DNA from: a candidate division WOR-3 bacterium
GTDB lineage: Bacteria > Hydrothermota > Tepidihabitantia > Tepidihabitantales > Tepidihabitantaceae
Assembly (NCBI GenBank): GCA_965649205.1
Contig: CBFGJV010000038.1
Coordinates: forward strand, 1 to 10,813
Direction of reading: 5' to 3'
Length of the DNA stretch: 10,813 nucleotides
The notes beneath the pieces are model-generated. The model made no database searches. It had not been told where the DNA came from and worked only from the letters and a program-made list of their open reading frames with translations. Both the position numbers and the translations under genes were made by a program. Below, in pieces: positions 6,764 to 10,813 of the stretch. The stretch's first letter is position 1. Every line of letters begins with the position of its first letter.

Positions 6764-7660
6764 CTATTCCCAACGACTGGGAGGAGTAGAACTCCGTACT
6801 CGGCCATTATCCAGATAGTACTTGCCGCCATAGGGTTCCTCCGGTATCTGACTAATGAAACCGGCATCAACAAGCACGGCCAGATTGGGCGGCAACACCC
6901 CCTTTTTCTCCCTATATCTGTCCACAGCCTGTTGCAATATGGCCAGACCTTCGGTAAGTTTCAAATGTTTGAGTTGTCTGAGAGCAAGGGCACGCAGGGC
7001 CCGGTTTTCCGTACCATGATATATGTCCAACCACATCTGCCTTGCCACTTCAAAACGACCGGCTTTGGCCATGGAAATGGCCGCCCATCTCTCTGTCACA
7101 AGCCAGGTATTGGGCAACTTAGAGGCAACGCTGAAATAGTTGGCCGCAGCTTCGTAATCGTCCAGCAGCATATAACTGATGAAACCGGCATCAAATGGCA
7201 ACTGCCAATCAAGCGGATTGTCCCTCATACCCTTTATGAGGAACTTGATCGCAGAATCTGGCTGACGTGCATCCCAGGCCAACGTCATTCCCCCAAAGTG
7301 ATATGCACCGCGAAAACGAGGGTCCAGAGTAGTCAGAATCTCAAAGATGTGACCCAGCCATTCGTACTTGCGGTCTGTCATCAGGTGATGACCGTAGTAC
7401 TGAACCGCGCGCAGCCAGACAAAGTCGGCCGCCACATTCTGATACTCAATAGCCGCCTGGCGCAAGAACCTGCCAGAAGGAAAGTAGGCCAACTCTGATA
7501 CCAGCCTTTCTCTCATGCTATGCCGGTTTGTGGCGTCTATTGACAGTTGCAGCAAGTAAACAAGAACAAAGCCCCACGCAACCAGAACTGCCGGCAAAAG
7601 AGCTACAAGCCTGCTCGGTGAACTGACAGTTCTAGTTTGGGGGACGATTTCCTCGAACAC
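6764..7660 (-). CDS. Membrane-anchored TPR-like pilus-associated protein (Myxococcus PilG / Geobacter XapA-like)
   Basis: GTG start overlapping the upstream TAG, with an AAGGAG SD. N-terminal TM helix, the motifs AD..WLRA.QY.G and T.LDP.F..AY, TPR-like helices (KG...NP.DW.LPF..GF..Y..L.DY..AA.YF), and a C-terminal pseudopilin-like segment. Adjacent to the ABC genes and pilins. Confidence 0.7.
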   Translation of the reverse strand: MFEEIVPQTRTVSSPSRLVALLPAVLVAWGFVLVYLLQLSIDATNRHSMRERLVSELAYFPSGRFLRQAAIEYQNVAADFVWLRAVQYYGHHLMTDRKYEWLGHIFEILTTLDPRFRGAYHFGGMTLAWDARQPDSAIKFLIKGMRDNPLDWQLPFDAGFISYMLLDDYEAAANYFSVASKLPNTWLVTERWAAISMAKAGRFEVARQMWLDIYHGTENRALRALALRQLKHLKLTEGLAILQQAVDRYREKKGVLPPNLAVLVDAGFISQIPEEPYGGKYYLDNGRVRSSTPPSRWE

Positions 7661-8427
7661 TAGAACTCCTTGCGGTTGAATATCAAAACAGAAACAAGAA
7701 GCATGGTAGCCGTGTAAACCAGCGCATAGACCGCTGCTAGCACCAGAGCCTGAGGATTAAGCACGACGTTGTGAACCACTTCTCCCCTTATGTTGAAGTT
7801 GGTCAGATTAGGCAGTACGTAATAGAGAAACAGACTGACAACCTTGACGGCCGCAGACGGACTTTGCGCCGCCAGGACCTGCAGGTCGCGACTCAAATGT
7901 CCAATAAAATAAATGGCAAAAGTAAAAACCGAACTGGCAATCGGCGTGACAAATGTTGAAAACAGCATTGCCACTGCAGTAATAATTGCTAATTCAAAAG
8001 CAGTCATCACTTGCGAAAGCAATAAGTAAGCAGAAGGCCGTATTCCGGAAAGGAAGAGGACTATATATAGACCGACGGTAAGGACCACAAGACTGACAAG
8101 CAACACCAACATAAGCCCGCTGTATTTGCCAATAATGAACTCCCAACGTCGCACCGGTTTCCCCAGCACTATATAAATCGTATGCTTCTCTACTTCCTTA
8201 TATACCAATCGTCCTCCCACCAGAACCGCAATAAGCACACAGAACAATGCGGAAGCAGACAAACCCATGTCCTGTATGACCTTGACTTCTTCACCCAGCG
8301 CCAAGGGCTGAATAACCCGGGCACTACCCATTACCAGCAAGGCAAAAACTAAGAGAGTCAGTAGTACTTTATCACGAATGGCTTCGCGGAAAGTATTAAG
8401 TGCCAGTACCTTGATCCGTTGACCCAT
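7660..8427 (-). CDS. ABC-2 type transporter permease (Myxococcus PilI-like)
   Basis: About six TM helices, N-terminal A.NTFREA.RDK, the E.E..TIY..L.KPV.R.EFI.GKY.G motif and terminal F.RKEF of ABC-2/NosY-like permeases. It follows the ATPase by 1 nt. Confidence 0.9.
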   Translation of the reverse strand: MGQRIKVLALNTFREAIRDKVLLTLLVFALLVMGSARVIQPLALGEEVKVIQDMGLSASALFCVLIAVLVGGRLVYKEVEKHTIYIVLGKPVRRWEFIIGKYSGLMLVLLVSLVVLTVGLYIVLFLSGIRPSAYLLLSQVMTAFELAIITAVAMLFSTFVTPIASSVFTFAIYFIGHLSRDLQVLAAQSPSAAVKVVSLFLYYVLPNLTNFNIRGEVVHNVVLNPQALVLAAVYALVYTATMLLVSVLIFNRKEF

Positions 8428-8428
8428 A

Positions 8429-9418
8429 TTATGTCCGTTTACTTAGCGCTTGTTCTTTTGAACCGCTCTGACCACCTGCGGGTACCCCCTGCACATGAGT
8501 CATGAAGTAATCTTCCAGGGTCTTACGCCGGGGAATCAGTGCCTGCAACTTCGCACCTGCCTCGCGCACAATAGCCAGAATACGATCAACTTCTTCTTCA
8601 TTCTTTACTGTCAGCAGCAGGGTATCTTCGGAGCGGATGGTGTGCTGAGCCACACGCTCAAATACCTTACGGAATTTACCGGTAACGCCAGTCACAGTTA
8701 TCTCTATGGAATCTACCTCCTGATCCAGCATTTCGGAAAGGCGGCCGGTCGTCACCAGTCTGCCCGCAATAATGATTCCCACCCGGTCGCAGATCATTTC
8801 CACATCTGGTAAAATGTGGGTTGAGAAAAAAACCGTCTTCCCCCGTTCCCGCAGGTCGGCAATGATGTCTCTAAACTCCTTACGACCTATAGGGTCCAGA
8901 CCGCCCATAGGCTCGTCCAAAATAACCAATTCAGGGTCGCCAATCAACGCCTGGGCGATACCCACCCGTTGCAGCATACCCCGGGAAAAGGAATACATCC
9001 TTGCATCCGCCGCTCTTTCCATACGCACCAGTTTCAGGAGATGCCGCACTCTCACCTGAGCTTCCTTGCGGGGAACACCTGACAGACGCGCCGCCAACTC
9101 CAGAAACTCTCGGGCGGACAGATACTCGTAGAAGTAGGGCGACTCGGGAAGAAATCCCATACGCGACTTGACCTCCGCTTCACCCGTCGGTCGACCGAAT
9201 ACCTCAACCGAACCTGAACTAGGACGCGCCAGACCCATAAGAATCTTGATGAAGGTAGTCTTACCTGCGCCATTCGGCCCAAGAAAACCAAATGTCTCCC
9301 CCTTCTCTATTTCCAGATTCAGGTCCACAAGTGCCTGTACTTTTTTCAGGCGAAAACCAGACCTGTATGTTTTGTTTAACTTGACAGCACGAATAACTGG
9401 CTCTGTCAAGACTGACAT
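8429..9418 (-). CDS. ABC transporter ATP-binding protein (Myxococcus PilH-like)
   Basis: Walker A GPNGAGKT, variant signature FSRGMLQR, Walker B/D-loop ILDEPMGGLDP, H-loop FSTH, and a C-terminal TLEDYF motif of ABC-2 ATPases. Confidence 0.95.
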   Translation of the reverse strand: MSVLTEPVIRAVKLNKTYRSGFRLKKVQALVDLNLEIEKGETFGFLGPNGAGKTTFIKILMGLARPSSGSVEVFGRPTGEAEVKSRMGFLPESPYFYEYLSAREFLELAARLSGVPRKEAQVRVRHLLKLVRMERAADARMYSFSRGMLQRVGIAQALIGDPELVILDEPMGGLDPIGRKEFRDIIADLRERGKTVFFSTHILPDVEMICDRVGIIIAGRLVTTGRLSEMLDQEVDSIEITVTGVTGKFRKVFERVAQHTIRSEDTLLLTVKNEEEVDRILAIVREAGAKLQALIPRRKTLEDYFMTHVQGVPAGGQSGSKEQALSKRT

Positions 9419-9426
9419 CGTAGGCT

Positions 9427-9454
9427 AGTATAGAAGTCGGCTTCTGACTGTCAA
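9427..9454 (-). promoter_or_regulatory. Sigma70-type promoter for the ABC/TPR genes
   Basis: TTGACA (9454-9449), 16-nt spacer, TATACT (9432-9427), 8 nt before the ATG at 9418. Confidence 0.75.
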
Positions 9455-9472
9455 GAAAACTGGGTCCACCCT

Positions 9473-10093
9473 TTAGTTGTGCAGCACATAGAAGATCAAA
9501 CCGTCTTCCTCGGTCGGATGACGGTCGAACATCGGCAGCAGCACGTCACGGCCATAACCGCAGATACCGTACTCCTGAATTGTCTCCAGGACGTTCTCTT
9601 GTCCAATGTATCCCAAGATACTGATAGCACCCTGAACACCGTTTTCTGCTTCAATCTCATAGGGACAATCCGGGTCCAGATTGCTGAGTTGTGCGTTCTG
9701 CCCCTGCACGTCCAGTCCCTCGGGGTCCTGCGTCAAGTCAACCTCCGGAGTATTATCGCTGTTATACCGGTTGCCCGTGTACGGATTCACCGGCGCATTG
9801 CCCGGAATCGGCTCGCCTTCCTGACCAATCGGGTCTCCGCCAGGGAAGTAACAGAATACGATGCTCTCTGTATCCTCCCAGTCGCAGTTCACGTCCTGCG
9901 TCGGATACTGACCAAAGTGGTCAGTGGCAAAAGCCTCCATCGCCGTCTGCACGATGTGCATGTTGTTCTTCACCGAAGTACGGCGAGCACGCTCCTGGAA
10001 CAGAACAAAGTTCGGGATAATGAGGGCGAGCAGGATACCGATGATGAGGATGACTACCAACAGTTCGATCAGTGTGAAGCCTTTGACTTTCAT
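9473..10093 (-). CDS. pilA: Type IV pilin, probable major pilin (copy A)
   Basis: Short leader MKVKG|FTLIELLVV with E5, G14 and P22, an AAGGAG SD, four Cys and its own promoter. It lies directly upstream of pilH/I/G-like genes, as pilA does in Myxococcus and Geobacter. Major-pilin status is inferred. Confidence 0.88.
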   Translation of the reverse strand: MKVKGFTLIELLVVILIIGILLALIIPNFVLFQERARRTSVKNNMHIVQTAMEAFATDHFGQYPTQDVNCDWEDTESIVFCYFPGGDPIGQEGEPIPGNAPVNPYTGNRYNSDNTPEVDLTQDPEGLDVQGQNAQLSNLDPDCPYEIEAENGVQGAISILGYIGQENVLETIQEYGICGYGRDVLLPMFDRHPTEEDGLIFYVLHN

Positions 10094-10223
10094 CGCACTC
10101 CTTCTGGGTTTGTGAGTTCGCGTGGTTCAGGAAATTTCTCTAAGACTGTCGACCTCTGAGGCCTGGTTCTGTTTGCGCCACTGAAACAGAAACGCGCAGG
10201 GACTCAGTCCTGCACCAGTTTTT

Positions 10224-10251
10224 ATTCTACCGGCTGAGGGAGTCCTGTCAA
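10224..10251 (-). promoter_or_regulatory. Sigma70-type promoter for pilin copy A
   Basis: TTGACA (10251-10246), 16-nt spacer, TAGAAT (10229-10224), just downstream of the terminator of copy B. It implies a 5' UTR of about 120 nt. Confidence 0.75.
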
Positions 10252-10264
10252 CAACGACGGAGAG

Positions 10265-10297
10265 AAAAACCGGGCGGAGCTTTGCGGCTCCGCCCGG
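10265..10297 (-). terminator. Rho-independent terminator of pilin copy B
   Basis: Perfect 11-bp GC-rich stem CCGGGCGGAGC / GCTCCGCCCGG with loop CGCAAA, followed by TTTTT on the minus strand, about 20 nt after the stop codon. Confidence 0.92.
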
Positions 10298-10316
10298 AAT
10301 AGCTAACCAGAGGTGT

Positions 10317-10813
10317 TTAGTTGTGCAGCACGTAGAAGATCAGGCCGTCTTCCTCGGTCGGATGACGGTCGAACATCGGCAGCAGCACGTCACGGCCATA
10401 ACCGCAGATACCGTACTCCTGGATTGTCTCCAGCGGGTTCTCCGGAGGAATATAGCCCAGGATGTAGATGGTGCCCTGAACGCCATTCTCCGCCTCGATT
10501 TCATACGGACAGTTCGGGTCGAGGTTGGATAGCTGAGCGTTCTGACCGGCCTCCTCCAGACCTTCCGGATCCTGGTTCAGGTCCGGCTCCGGAGTGTTAT
10601 CGCTGTTGTACCGGTTGCCCGTGTACGGATTCACCGGCGCATTGCCCGGAATCGGCTCGCCTTCCTGACCAATCGGGTCTCCGCCCGGGAAGTAACAGAA
10701 TACGATGCTCTCTGTATCCTCCCAGTCGCAGTTCACGTCCTGCGTCGGATACTGACCAAAGTGGTCAGTGGCAAAAGCCTCCATCGCCGTCTGCACGATG
10801 TGCATGTTGTTCT
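10317..10813 (-). CDS. pilA: Type IV pilin, copy B (5' end lies beyond the window)
   Basis: 151/162 aa identical to copy A over the ORF-track portion. The frame stays open to the window edge (..NNMHIVQ), so the Met at 10805 is internal. Confidence 0.88.
   Translation of the reverse strand, partial: NNMHIVQTAMEAFATDHFGQYPTQDVNCDWEDTESIVFCYFPGGDPIGQEGEPIPGNAPVNPYTGNRYNSDNTPEPDLNQDPEGLEEAGQNAQLSNLDPNCPYEIEAENGVQGTIYILGYIPPENPLETIQEYGICGYGRDVLLPMFDRHPTEEDGLIFYVLHN

Larger units (their letters stand above)
9473..10813. repeat. Direct repeat of the pilin coding sequence (9473-9969 vs 10317-10813, offset 844 nt)
   Basis: Ungapped alignment of 497 nt with 57 mismatches by manual count, 50 of them inside one 153-nt block. 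Similarity ends at about the stop codon. Confidence 0.97.

Noticed and set aside
6696..6773. N-terminal extension of the third pilin given by the ORF track (also 3369-3455 and 4644-4655 for other genes)
   Set aside because: Downstream starts have clear SD sequences or stop-start coupling and give normal leader lengths. The extensions overlap promoter-like or upstream coding sequence.
10160..10185. Sigma54 promoter (TGGCGC) as found at many pilA genes
   Set aside because: There is no GC/TTGC at the -12 position, and a good sigma70 promoter is present instead.
10197..10247. Invertible promoter bounded by CAGG(G)ACTC-like inverted repeats
   Set aside because: The repeats are short and imperfect, and no site-specific recombinase is in the window.
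10317..10805. Copy B as a silent, N-terminally truncated pilS-like cassette starting at Met 10805
   Set aside because: The frame and the identity to copy A continue to the window edge, so the truncation is a window artefact. Its terminator suggests it is expressed, though its 5' end cannot be seen.
9473..10813. Diversity-generating retroelement (TR/VR pair) as the explanation for the pilin repeat
   Set aside because: Mismatches in the variable block involve all four bases on either strand and are mostly synonymous third positions, not adenine-specific. Both copies are intact ORFs and no reverse transcriptase is in the window.

Overview
The window is one gene-dense, minus-strand type IV pilus (T4aP)/T2SS-like locus from a bacterium of roughly 50-55% GC (estimated by eye). 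In transcription order it holds: a 5'-truncated major-type pilin (copy B), an intrinsic terminator, a sigma70-type promoter, a near-identical second pilin (copy A), an ABC ATPase, an ABC permease, a membrane-anchored TPR-like protein, a third pilin of the same '-VLHN' family, three paralogous GspG-like minor pilins, a PilM-PilN fusion, PilO, two membrane-anchored PilP/GspC-HR-like paralogues, and the first 15 codons of a secreted protein (probably the PilQ secretin). The ABC/TPR trio resembles Myxococcus pilH/pilI/pilG and Geobacter xap genes found next to pilA. The most striking signal is the mosaic relationship between the tandem pilins: by manual count, about 98% nucleotide identity in the flanks but about 67% in a 153-nt block carrying all 11 amino-acid differences, as expected from gene conversion or cassette exchange. 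Other oddities are very acidic, aromatic-rich pilins, a very Arg-rich PilP-like paralogue, a pseudopilin-like domain on the TPR protein, and consensus promoters placed for leaderless translation. No PilB/PilT/PilC/PilD, RNA genes, CRISPR or mobile elements are visible. Product calls rest on motifs recognised by eye and on gene order; no database search was run.
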